Source of the DNA: Octopus sinensis
Taxonomy: Eukaryota
DNA length: 64,000 bases
Direction: 5' to 3'
Assembly: GCF_006345805.1 (NCBI RefSeq)
Contig: NC_043010.1
Coordinates: forward strand, 9,176,001-9,240,000
The notes below the pieces were generated by a model. It was not told where the DNA came from, made no database searches, and saw only the letters and a program-made list of their open reading frames with translations. The translations under genes were made by a program, and so were the position numbers. The number at the start of each line of letters is the position of its first letter. The stretch's first letter is position 1. Below are positions 1 to 11,491 of the stretch, one piece after another.

Positions 1-2337
1 ATATTGAGCACATGCATATATATTGAGCACATGCATATATATATTGAGCACATGCATATATATATTGAGCAGATGCATATATATATTGAGCACATGCATA
101 TATATTGATCACATGCATGTATATATTGAGCACATGCATATATATTGGGTAGATGCATATATATTGAGCAAATGCATATATATTGAGCACATGCATATAT
201 ATATTGAGTACATGCATATATATATATTGAGCACATGCATATATATTGAGCACATGCATATATATATTGAGTACATGCATATATATATTGAGAAATGCAT
301 ATATATATTAAGCACATGCACATATATATTGAGTACATGCATATATATATTGAGCACATGCATATATATTGAGCACATGCATATATATATTGAGCACATG
401 CATATATATTGATCACATGCATGTATATATTGAGCACATGCATGTATATATTGAGCACATGCATATATATATTGAGCACATACATATATATATATATTGA
501 GCAAATGCATATATATATTGAGCACATGCATATATATTGAGCACACGCATATATATATATATTGAGCACATGCATATATATATTGAGCACATGCACATAT
601 ATATTGAGTACATGCATATATATATTGAGTACATGCATATATATATTGAGCACATGCATATATATATGGAGTACATGCATATATATATTGAGTACATCCA
701 TATATATATTGAGTACATGCATATATGTTGATCACATGCATGTATATATTGAGCACATGCATATATATTGAGTACATGCATATATATATATTGACTACAT
801 GCATATATATATTGAGTACATGCATATATATTGAGTACATGCATATATATTGAGCACATGCAATATATATTGAGTACATGCATATATATATTGAGTACAT
901 GCATATATATATTGAGCACATGCATATATATATTGAGCACATGCATATATATTGAGCACATGCATATATATATTGAGCACATGCATATATATTGAGCACA
1001 TGCATGTATATATTGAGCACATGCATATATATTGATCACATGCATGTATATATTGAGCACATGCATATATATATTGAGTACATGCACATATATATTGAGT
1101 ACATGCATATATATATATATATTGAGCACATGCATGTATATATTGAGCACATGCATATATATATTGATCACATGCATGTATATATTGAGCACATGCATAT
1201 ATATATTGATCACATGCATGTATATATTGAGCACATGCATATATATTGAGTAGATGCATATATATATTGAGTACATGCATATATATATTGAGTACATGCA
1301 TATATATATTGAGCACATGCATATATATTGATCACATGCATGTATATATTGAGCACATGCATATATATATTGAGTACATGCATATATATATTGAGTACAT
1401 GCATATATATATTGAGCACATGCATATATATATTGAGCACATGCATATATATATATATTGATCACATGCATGTATATATTGAGCACATGCATATATATAT
1501 TGACTACATGCATATATATATTGAGTACATGCATATATATATTGACCACATGCATGTATATATTGATCACATGCATGTATATATTGATCACATGCATGTA
1601 TATATTGAGCACATGCATATATATATTGATCACATGCATGTATATTTTGAGCACATGCATATATATATTGAGCACACGCATGTATATATTGAGTACATGC
1701 ATATATATATTGAGCACATGCATATATATATTGATCACATGCATGTATATATTGAGCACATGCATATATATATTGAGTAGATGCATATATATATTGAGTA
1801 CATGCATATATATTGAGTACATGCATATATATTGAGCACATGCATATATATTGATCACATGCATGTATATATTGAGCACATGCATATATATATTGAGTAC
1901 ATGCATATATATATTGAGTACATGCATATATATATTGAGCACATGCATATATATATTGAGCACATGCATATATATATTGATCACATGCATGTATATATTG
2001 AGCACATGCATATATTATTGATCACATGCATGTATATATTGAGCACATGCATGTATATATCGATCACATGCATGTATATATTGAGCACATGCATGTATAT
2101 ATTGAGCACCTGCATGTATATATTGATCACATGCATGTATATATTGAGTACATGCATATATATATTGAGTACATGCATATATATATTGATCACATGCATG
2201 TATATATTGATCACATGCATGTATATATTGATCACATGCATGTATATATTGAGCACATGCATATATATATTGATCACATGCATGTATATATTGAGCACAT
2301 GCATATATATATTGAGTACATGCATATATTGGTACAT
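1..2337. repeat. Tandem minisatellite/satellite, about 100 units of 22-26 bp, (AT)n-TGAGCACATGCAT with GAGTAC/GATCAC variants; truncated by the window start
   Basis: Unit repeats directly and continuously up to ATATATTGGTACATG at about 2337; unit length varies in 2-bp AT steps. Confidence 0.97.
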
Positions 2338-3063
2338 GTTTGGAGAGATCAGAGGTGGGTAATTGGGTAAATGACAAATTTTAAACACTGGTTGGTAATG
2401 TTGCATATATTTTGAAGCAAAACTTTCTACAAAGTAAACAAGGTTCTGTAATGTTCGATGATTTCTGAAAACAAATCGAGTGGTATTTGAGCACATAGAT
2501 TAGAATTTAGCATCTTTACATACCAACGTGTTAATAGTAGAATTTATTTAAGATTACCTTGTTCATCACTTACAGCTGAAAACCAGTTCCTGTTTGCCCT
2601 CTGATAAGTGTTTTTACCTCGTGATATATCCTTTTCATTTATTGATTTAATTTCCAGTATCTTCGTCTGATGTACCTACTTTACAAGCAATCTATTTCTG
2701 TCTTCTAAAATGTCAAGTAACTCCTTGTAGTTAAAGGAAAGCAACATTCCATTGTGCATGTCCTCAAGAAATGTATTCTGAAAGTTGCTATTGAAATTAC
2801 TACTTATATACCCTTCACATAAGCAGTTATACATGAGAATCTTTCTCAATAATATGTAACATTTTATTGAACATTCCTTTTTTTTTTCAGCATTTTGTAT
2901 ATCTTGATTGCACAAATATTTCATTCTTTCTCTTGTCAATTTTCCATTAGTCTGGCTATCAACCAAGTTCTCTGTTTACTTACCTGTCCTGCTGCCATAT
3001 GAGTGGTGCAGGGTGATTTTCAGTTCCTTCACTAGAAGAGAGCAGAGTACAAGTGATGGGACA

Positions 3064-3293
3064 CGGCAAACTGGCAGAAACGTTTGCACGCCGGGTGAAA
3101 TGCGTAGCTGTATTTCGTCTGTCACTACGTTCTGAGTTCAAATTCCACCAAGGACGACTTTGCCTTTCATCTTTTCGGGGTCAATAAATTAAGTACCAGT
3201 TATGCACTTGAGTCGATATAATCGACTTAATCCATTTGTCTGTCCTTGTTTGTCCTCTCTGTGTTTAGCCCCTTGTGGGTAGTAAAGAAATAG
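3064..3293 (+). mobile_element. SINE family B, tail type 1
   Basis: CTGGCAGAAACGTT..GAAATGC head, GAGTTCAAATTCC B-box-like motif, GTCGACTTTGCCTTTCATC..GGGGTC..TAAATTAAGTACCAG core, GTCCTTGTTTGTCC..GTAAAGAAATAG tail; many copies in the window. Confidence 0.85.
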
Positions 3294-3334
3294 ATATCAA
3301 CCAACAACTGAGATATTAATAACATACACAGACA

Positions 3335-3737
3335 GGCGCAGGAGTGGCTGTGTGGTAAGTTGCTTGTTTACCAACCACATGGTTCCAGGTTCTGTCCCAC
3401 TATGTGGCATCTTGGGCAAGTGTCTTCTACTATAGCCTCTGGCCGACCAAAGCCTTGTGAGTGGATTTGGTAGACGGAAACTGAAAGAAGCCCATCGTAT
3501 ATATGTATATATACATGTGTGTGTGTGTGTGTGTATCTGTGTTTGTCCCCCTAGCATTGCTTGACAACCGATGCTGGTGTGTTTATGTCCCCGTTTCTTA
3601 GCGGTTCGGCAAAAGAGACCGACAGAATAAGTACTGGGCTTACAAAATAATAAGTCCCGGGATCAAGTTGCTCGATTAAAGGCAGTGCTCCAGCATGGCC
3701 GCAGTCAAATGACTGAAATAAGTAAAAGAGTAAAAAG
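3335..3737 (+). mobile_element. tRNA-derived SINE family A, full length
   Basis: GGCGCAGGAGTGGCTGTGTGG A-box, GGTTC..TCCC B-box, internal (TA)(TG)n and AGTAAAAGAG tail; at least 9 near-identical copies in the window. Confidence 0.9.
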
Positions 3738-3969
3738 AGAGAGAGACAGGGCCAATCATGGTAGTGGGACATAAAACTACCACTGAAGATGATATTTTAT
3801 TTTTAATACATTTGTGGAAAGTCAGCTTGGTAGAGACTACCGCTATGGAAGATTTGAATTTTGCATCGCAAATCTGTAGTGTAGCTAATAGGAGAGCAAG
3901 GAGGGTGACCACTTCCCCTGAGCACATTTTTCAAAATTGGTGCCTTTTTAACATTTGCTTTAAACTCCT

Positions 3970-4173
3970 TACTCTTTTACTTGTTTCAGTCATTTGACTG
4001 CGGCCATGCTGGAGCACCGCCTTTAATCGAGCAAATCGACCCCGGGACTTATTCTTTTGTAAGCCCAGTACTTATTCTATCGGTCTCTTTTGCCGAACCG
4101 CTAAGTGACGGGGACATAAATACACCAGCATCGGTTGTCAAGCAATGCTAGGGGGACAAACACAGACACAAAA

Positions 4174-4204
<31 letters not shown>

Positions 4205-4375
4205 CATATATACGACAGGCTTCTTTCAGTTTCCGTCTACCAAATCCACTCACAAGGCATTGGTCGGCCCGGGGCTATAGCAGAAGACACTTGCCCAAGA
4301 TGCCACGCAGTGGGACTGAACCCGGAACCATGTGGTTGGTTAGCAAGCTACTTACCACACAGCCACCCCTGCGCC
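3970..4375 (-). mobile_element. SINE family A, full length
   Basis: Reverse complement of the 3335 copy; ends CCCCTGCGCC on the plus strand. Confidence 0.9.
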
Positions 4376-4711
4376 TAGTTCACTTGTATGATAAAATTTG
4401 AATCACATTTATTTTTATGGTTAATCACATGACCTTGTGGCTTTGGGTAAGCATTGCCAGAGACATAACTTTATTTGACAAGCTTCCTGTGTTTTTGAAC
4501 TATCTGCTCAATCACCTGTGATGTGTCAGTCACCACTGACACAACCTTTTGACACTGGACAATTCAGTGGAGCTTCATATTTTTCATGATACACCTTTAT
4601 CAGTAGTTGTCAGTTTCATACATAATGACATTGTTACTGAAACATGAAATTAATGAATGTAGAATACAATTTTGTATATTGTAACTAATGAAATATATTG
4701 TGTAATATAAG

Positions 4712-5665
4712 GGAAATGCTTAGCGGTATTTTATCTGCCGTTACGTTCTGAGTTCAAATTCCGCTGAGGTCGACTTTACCTTTCATCCTTTCGGGGTCGA
4801 TAAATTAAGTACCAGTTACGCACTGGAGTCGATGTAATCGACTTAATACCTATGTCTGTCCTTGTTTGTCCCCTCTATGTTTAGCCCCTTGTGGGTAGTA
4901 AAGAAATAGGTATTTCATCTGCCACTACGTTCTGAGTTCAAATTCCACCGAGATCGACTTCGCCTTTCATTCATTTGGGAGTCAATTAAATAAGTACCAG
5001 TTATGCACTGGGGCCGATATAATCAATTTAATTCCATTGTCCGTCCTTGTTTGTCTCCCCTGTGTGTAGCCCCTTGGGACTGTAAAGAAATAAGAAACTT
5101 TATTATGCTGGGCGAAATGCTTAGCAGTATTTCATCTCTCTTTATGTACTGAGTTCAAATTCCACCGCGATCGACTTTGCCTTTCATTCTTTTGGGAGTC
5201 AATTAAATAAGTACCTGTTACGCACTGGGAGTCGATATAATCAATTTAATTCCTTTGTCCGTCCTTGTTTGTCCCCTCTGTGTGTAGACCCCTTGTGGAC
5301 TGTAAAGAAATAAGAAACTTTAGCATGCTGGGCGAAATGCTTAGCAGTATTTCATCTCTCTTTACGTTCTGAGTTCAAATTCCGCCGAGGTCGACTTTGC
5401 TTTCATCCTTTCGGGGTCGATAAATTGAGTACTTGTCCCAGCTCAAAAGATATGCTCCTTAGCTGTTCAACTTCCACAGCAGTGGCTGAAGTGCCAATAC
5501 ATACAGAGGATGGACTGAGTGTGTGATGCCAAATGGTTCTGAAAGGTGGCCATTTACTTTGACCACTGAACAGGTCCTGCTGTACATTGCAGTGATCCAG
5601 CCTCTGAAAACAGGTCTGGCCCCTCCCCGCAAAATTTGGAGCCTTGTGCCTAGAGTAGAAAAGAA
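4712..5665 (+). mobile_element. Head-to-tail array of 4 SINE-B units; the last is interrupted and followed by a type-2 tail
   Basis: Units start at about 4712, 4910, 5094 and 5314; CCCCTCCCCGCAAAATTT..TTGTGCCTAGAGTAGAAAAG tail at about 5620-5665. Confidence 0.85.
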
Positions 5666-5984
5666 AAGAATATTTGGTAATTGTGCACTTTGGATTTTTC
5701 CAATTCATGTTGTACTCAGTAACATCATCAGAATCTTTAATACAACTTGTTATTAAATCCACAGTGATTGCCCATATTAGTTAAATTCTCTTATTCGTTA
5801 TTCTTATACAATATATCTGTGTATTTAATATTTATTTTATAACGTTTTATAAAATATATGTAATGCTAAGGGAAGTAACTCAAATAGTAAGACAGTTGGT
5901 TATTATGGTAGTGGTGGCAGAGATGACAGCAGTAACTATAAAGTCAGAAACGGTGTAGGAAGAAAGATACAGGAAGAGAGGGAA

Positions 5985-6174
5985 AGAGAGAGAGAGAGAG
6001 TGAGAGAGAGAGAGAGAGAGAGAAACAGACTGACAGACAAAAAGACAAACAGATAGATGTGCAGAGGATTCTGAGAAGTGAAAGGCTGTGTGATATCACT
6101 GCATCTTTAGTCACCTTATTTTCTCACTGCCTCTGTCTGTCAGTCTATCTGCCTGTCTCCCTCTCACACACACA

Positions 6175-6210
<36 letters not shown>
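5985..6210. repeat. (GA)n and (CA)n/(CT)n microsatellites
   Basis: Visible directly in the sequence. Confidence 0.9.
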
Positions 6211-6212
<2 letters not shown>

Positions 6213-6309
6213 ATGTTTGAAGTGCTTTTGAAGCATATACTAATATATAAAATAATGGTATCTTTATTTGAAAGTGTTTTTTTTTAACAAGAATGGAAAT
6301 CTAAAATCT

Positions 6310-6625
6310 TTTGTATGTATGTACGTGTGTATGTATGTATGTATGTATGTATGTATGTATGTATGTGTGTGTGTGCGTGCATGTATGTATGTATGTATGT
6401 ATGCATGCATGTATGTATGTATATATGTATGTATGCATGTATGTATGTATGTATGTATATATGTATGTATTTATCTATGTATGTATGTATGCATGTATGT
6501 ATGTATGCATGTGTGTGTGTGTGCATGTGTGTATGTATGTGTGTGTGTGTGTGCATGTGTGTATGTATATATGTATGTATGTATGTATTTATGTATGAAT
6601 GTATGTATGTATGTATGTATGTATT
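6310..6625. repeat. (TATG)n/(TG)n compound microsatellite
   Basis: Visible directly in the sequence. Confidence 0.95.
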
Positions 6626-6802
6626 GATCTATTGTCTATCTTCCACTTAAAATGAACAATATTATCATTAAAGGGATGAAACTGTAAAGAGTTTTGGGAC
6701 AATAACTGATGAAGAATGAGCAATGTCCTTGACTCACGTGGGAACTTTCTCTTTGTTCTTTTGTTATGTTTCTGTTTAATTTTTGGAGCTTTGATGTGTG
6801 TA

Positions 6803-6835
<33 letters not shown>

Positions 6836-7137
6836 GTGCGTGTGTGTGTGTGTGTACATACGTACATATATTTGAAAACTAAATGAAACTTAAGGTAAAA
6901 TTAAGTATGTAGTTATGATAAGCATATTCATAAATCTCATAAGTAATTATTGGAATTATCTACTATAATAATACTCTTGTGTTTTTCTCTGTCACAACAT
7001 ATGAATGAGAAAGGAAGGGGTGATAGATGAATAAGGAAGGAAGGAAGGTGTGATGGAAATTCTACAGTGAAAAAAAATCAGATAGCGTTTCAACTCTGTA
7101 TGAGTATATGTAAAACGGAGGTATGTGAATGTTTGTT

Positions 7138-7174
<37 letters not shown>

Positions 7175-7250
7175 AATGGAAATGGGATCATAAACATTCA
7201 ACACTGGAAAGAAAAATCAAACAGCGTTTCAACTCTGCGTGAGCATATGT

Positions 7251-7292
<42 letters not shown>

Positions 7293-7649
7293 AAGGGAAG
7301 TATGTGAATGTATGTGTGAACCAATGTTCTTACAGTAACAAACAATGATCAGTGTCACATCTCAAAAGACAACCGCTAGATTACTTTGACAAGTGTATTA
7401 ATTTTATTTACCATCCATATTCTGTCTGTTTCATTAAAAATAATTCTTAGAATTACACACACCTACACAAACTCATTAGAGAAAATAATTATTGCCTGAG
7501 TATATCAAGAATATAAAACGACTGCAGTTGAAAGGTATATCATAAATTTGGTAATAAAAGAATTATTAAGCTAAAATCTTGGTTTTGTACCTTATTTATA
7601 TATTATGGATATAGTTGTATCTTGGGAAGGTAATTAAGCCAGTAATAGT

Positions 7650-7864
7650 TCTTTCTATTATAGGCACATGGCCTGAAATTTGGTGGGAAGGGCGAGTTGA
7701 TTACATAGGCTCTAGTGCTCAACTGGTACTTATTTTATCAACCCCAAATGGATGAAAGGTAAAGTCAACCTTGCCAGAATTTGAACTCAGAATGTAAAAA
7801 TGGATAAAATGCCTCTAAGCATTTTGTCTAGCGCACTAACGATTCTGCTGGCTTACCACCTTAA
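7650..7864 (-). mobile_element. SINE family B, tail type 2, diverged
   Basis: AATTTGAACTCAGAA, GATGAAAGGTAAAGTCAAC and CTATTATAGGCAC motifs match the reverse complement of family B. Confidence 0.75.
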
Positions 7865-8542
7865 CTAAGCCAATTATAAGAAACACATGCACTGGCTCAA
7901 TTTCACTTCTTTATGGTTAGTCAATTGGCTAGTTATTTAACCAACCAACAAATTGATCATTCATTTAATCTGTTGGTTAAATAATCATAGATACAACAAT
8001 AATTGTTTCAAAGAACAAGTTCACATCAAGAATCTTGCAAGCCAAATGCAAAAGCGAAATATTATAGATAGTTTGTTTTCAGTTCTTTTCAATAGTTAAG
8101 ATTGCTTATTTCTTAGCATAAATTAAAACATTGTTGAAGAGTTGACAAAAGCTATGACTTTCAGCTTTCAGAAATATTATCCTTTTCCCTGAGTGGACTT
8201 TTGCACCATTTAAAAAATATCAAATGTTTCAAACAAGATATATTTGAAAAAAAAAAAAAATTATATGCCCTCTCATATCCTATCATCATACCCCACTAAC
8301 TATCTCTATATCTCCCCCTCTCCACTCCTCTTTCACCTTGTACATCATCCATTTGGTTTATTCTTCGTCATGAGCCATCCCTATATCTCTCATCTTACCC
8401 ATCTCCATTCTGAGATTTCCCTTTGACCGTACCTCCACCTTTGCTTGTCACTCACTATATTCACCTCTATCCCATCTTTAATTATCCGCTGTTCCCCCAT
8501 CACCCTCTTATGAAAGTATTTACTCTCTCACCCTCTCCCATA

Positions 8543-8622
8543 ATCTATTTCTTTACTACTCACAAGGGGCTAAACACTGAGGGATCAAACAAGGACAGAC
8601 AAACGGATTAAGTCGACTCCCA
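8543..8622 (-). mobile_element. SINE-B 3' fragment
   Basis: TATTTCTTTACTACTCACAAGGGGCTAAACAC..AAACAAGGACAGACAAA is the reverse complement of the type-1 tail. Confidence 0.8.
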
Positions 8623-9059
8623 TAGCCAACTGTTTGTATCCTCTCTTATGCTCACTCTCTTGTACCTTGAGAGTTTGCTCTCACATCCTATCACTACCTT
8701 TCTTTTGTCTCCTGCAGCTAGGTATCCCCTCAACAGCAAGACACCAGTTCTTTTTCTGTCTGGAAACCATTCAAGTGCCAGTGGAATTAAAAAAAAAAGC
8801 ACCCTGTAAAATCTGCAAAAATGTTGGTAATGGGAAAAGCATAATTTGTAGGTAAATCCACAATGGTAGGACAAGATGAAACTAATTTGGTACTTTATTT
8901 AGCAAAATAAAATGGAACAAATGCAATTGAAAGGTGAAAAAATAGATTTTTACATTCATTTAGATTCAGCACCTGAAAATCCCTTCTTCTTTTACTTGGA
9001 AACTACACCTGAACTTTTACACTGGTGAGAAATTCATGGGCATTCACAATGTGACATAC

Positions 9060-9700
9060 AGTAGTAGTTGCCCATCATACTGACATTCTATCTTCTCTGA
9101 TATCTTCTTTCCATCTCCTTTACATATTGACGAAGCCTTTCCCCATGCTCCTCATTTATGTTATTCAGATTTTCCGGGAAGAAATCCGAGCGAGGAAATG
9201 AACTAATGAACTACAATGCTCATTTTATACCCTAAGGCCTTGAACTTTTCTAGCATTCTTCCCACAATGTCTTAGTAGTTTGGACCCTCACTCCTTGAAA
9301 ACTAATCCATGTATCCATTCCAAAGTCACTTAGAGAGTTTCCAGAATTTTTATCCTTGACATGTTTCCTTATATCAGGTCCTACAAATACACCCTCTTCA
9401 ACCTTGGCATCTGATAGAGCAGGAAATTTACAATGCAAATACTTGAAGTCCTCTTCATCCTGTGGTAAAGCCTTTATGAATTGCTTCATGAGGCCAGATT
9501 TTATATGTAGAGGAGGCAGAAGAACCCTTTTTGAATCATGCAAACTTTCTCGAAGGGTACTTCGTTTCTGATGTAAGCGCCTCCCATTCTTTTTTAAACC
9601 AACGAAGGTATCTGGCTTACTGTTCCATTCACACAAGAAACAAAGAAATGAATGTTGAATGTTGTCCAAGCAATATGCAAATTATTTTCAAGTTGCTGCA
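9060..9700 (-). pseudogene. Degenerate DNA transposase, probably CMC/Chapaev-like
   Basis: Minus-strand translation gives FLCEWNS..LLPPLHIKSGLMKQFIKAL..KFPALSDAKVEEGVFVGPDIR. After frameshifts it gives DFFPENL..NEEHGERLRQ..EMERRYQ..SMMGNY. The superfamily assignment is from recall, not a search. Confidence 0.7.
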
Positions 9701-9902
9701 ATTCATCCAGTTGTGATCTTTAAATTTTATCTTGTGTAAGAGTGATACCAAATTTTCTTGTTTACCTTATTATCACTGAGTGTCCAACAAGAATAGAAGC
9801 ATATTTATGCATACCTTCCCTTCATTGGACACTAAACTCTGCTTGCGAAGACCTGTTGAGGCAACTGAAATCAAAAGTGAAATCGAAAGTGAAATAAAAT
9901 TC

Positions 9903-10391
9903 GATGACTGGCATCCGTGGTAGTGGAGTGCTAAGAGCACCATCCAAGCGTGATTGTTACCAGAGCAGCTGACTGGCTTCCATGCCGGTGGCACATAAAA
10001 AGCAACATTCGGGTGTGATTGTTACCAGCGTCAACTTTCAGGCACTTGTGCCAGTGGCATGTGAAAAAGACATTCGAGCGAGATCGTTGCCAGTGTCGCT
10101 GGACTGGCTCCTGTGCAGGTGGCATGTAAAAAACACCATTTGAGTGTGCCCGTTGCCAGTACCGTCTGACTGGCGCTCATGCCGGTGGCATGTAAAAGCA
10201 CCAACTACACTCTGGGAGTGGTTGGTGTTAGGAAGGGCATCCAGCTGTAGAAACTCTGCCAGATCAAGATTGGAGCCTGGTGCAGCCATTTGGTTCACCA
10301 GTCCTCAGTTAAACCGTCCAACCCATGCTAGCATGTAAAGCAAACGTTAAACAATGATGATGACGATGATGATGATGATGATGATGATGAT
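9903..10391 (+). mobile_element. Retroposon family C (internal ~60-bp subrepeats, (GAT)n tail)
   Basis: Repeated GCCGGTGGCA(C/T)GTAAAAAGCACC units, then GGAAGGGCATCCAGCTGTAGAAAC..CCGTCCAACCCATGCTAGCATG..TTAAAC(GAT)n. Confidence 0.85.
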
Positions 10392-10501
10392 TTATTACCC
10401 TCATGCAAATTTGGTAATATTTATCTGATGTTTCTTAGTCATATCCTTACCACAAATGTAAAAATCAAATGTTATCTGGGCTTTCTGCACTTCCTCAAAA
10501 G

Positions 10502-10707
10502 CAGCATTTTTCAGACTGTGGGCCCCGACACTTCAGTGGATTGCAAGATAAATAAAACGGGTCATGATAAAAAAAGAAGGAAAGAAAAGACGCAAGTGGC
10601 TGCAAAGTGCAGAATATCCAGTGTTTTTCAACCTGTAGGTCCCAACCATTCAGTGGGTTGTGAGATAAATAAAATTGGTTGCAATAAAAAAATTTGAAAA
10701 ACGTTGC
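10502..10707 (+). mobile_element. hAT/Charlie-like MITE with an internal direct duplication
   Basis: CAGTGTTTTTCAACC-type start at 10502 and 10619; TTGAAAAACGTTG end, followed by CTCTAGTA. Confidence 0.55.
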
Positions 10708-10785
10708 TCTAGTAGACATCTTTGCTTCAAATGATGTAGAGGTCTGTAAGAAATGGGGAAGAGGGACATTTTTAACAGCATATAT

Positions 10786-10932
10786 ATTTCTTTATTACCC
10801 ACAAGGGGCTAAACACAGAGGGGACAAACAAGGACAGACAAAGGGATTAAGTCGATTACATCGACCCCAGTGCATAACTGGTACTTAATTTATCAACCCT
10901 GAAAGGATGAAAGGCAAAGTCGACCCCGGCAG
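10786..10932 (-). mobile_element. 5'-truncated SINE-B with a 12-bp TSD
   Basis: AACAGCATATAT at 10774-10785 and 10933-10944. Confidence 0.9.
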
Positions 10933-11119
10933 AACAGCATATATTTGACTTACCATCTAAATGTATATATAATATCATTAAAAAAGCATTGAAATGTAAC
11001 ATGTGATACAATTAAACAATGTATGTCGCATACATACACTGAAAACAGGGATGAGGAATAACTGTGAAGCTGAAGCCATTTTGCTATCACCAGATGCTTA
11101 TTTTTCAGAATTATGCTTA

Positions 11120-11491
11120 TCTCTCTCTATATAAACGGCAGTTTGTCTGTGTGCGTGTCTGTGTGTCTGTTAGGTTGTACCCTCACCCTGACCACGGCTT
11201 TCCACCGATTCTGATGAAACTTGACACACACATAGCCCAATGTCATAATTCAAAACTAACGCAGCGAAAATTTTGAAAAGTTACCCCAGTTCTGAAAAAA
11301 ATCGATAAATTCGACATGGGGTCGAGAATCAGAAACACAAACCACAGACTGTCTAGGGGACGCAACTCGACCTTTTTAACTCTCAAAAAAATTTACCATC
11401 ATTTTTTTCCCATTTTTTGGCCATAACTCTCTAAAAATGCTTTATAGTTATTTCCCTTACAAACCCAAGCAACGCCGGGCGATACTGTTAG
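11120..11491 (+). mobile_element. Non-autonomous Helitron-like element
   Basis: A|TC..TATATAAA start and GTCTGT repeats. The 3' end ACCCAAGCAACGCCGGGCGATACTGTTAG|T is shared with the 17772 and 22108 copies. Confidence 0.75.

Noticed and set aside
23-2496. Long ORFs (up to 532 aa) in the satellite
   Set aside because: They are translations of the 22-26 bp repeat in several frames on both strands, with no domain content.
2676-2966. 96-aa minus-strand ORF in unique sequence
   Set aside because: No recognisable motif and no convincing splice context; it cannot be supported as an exon without a homology search.
9960-10205. CRISPR-like repeat/spacer look of the family C subrepeats
   Set aside because: The spacers are homologous to each other, the repeats are degenerate, the context is eukaryotic and there are no cas genes.
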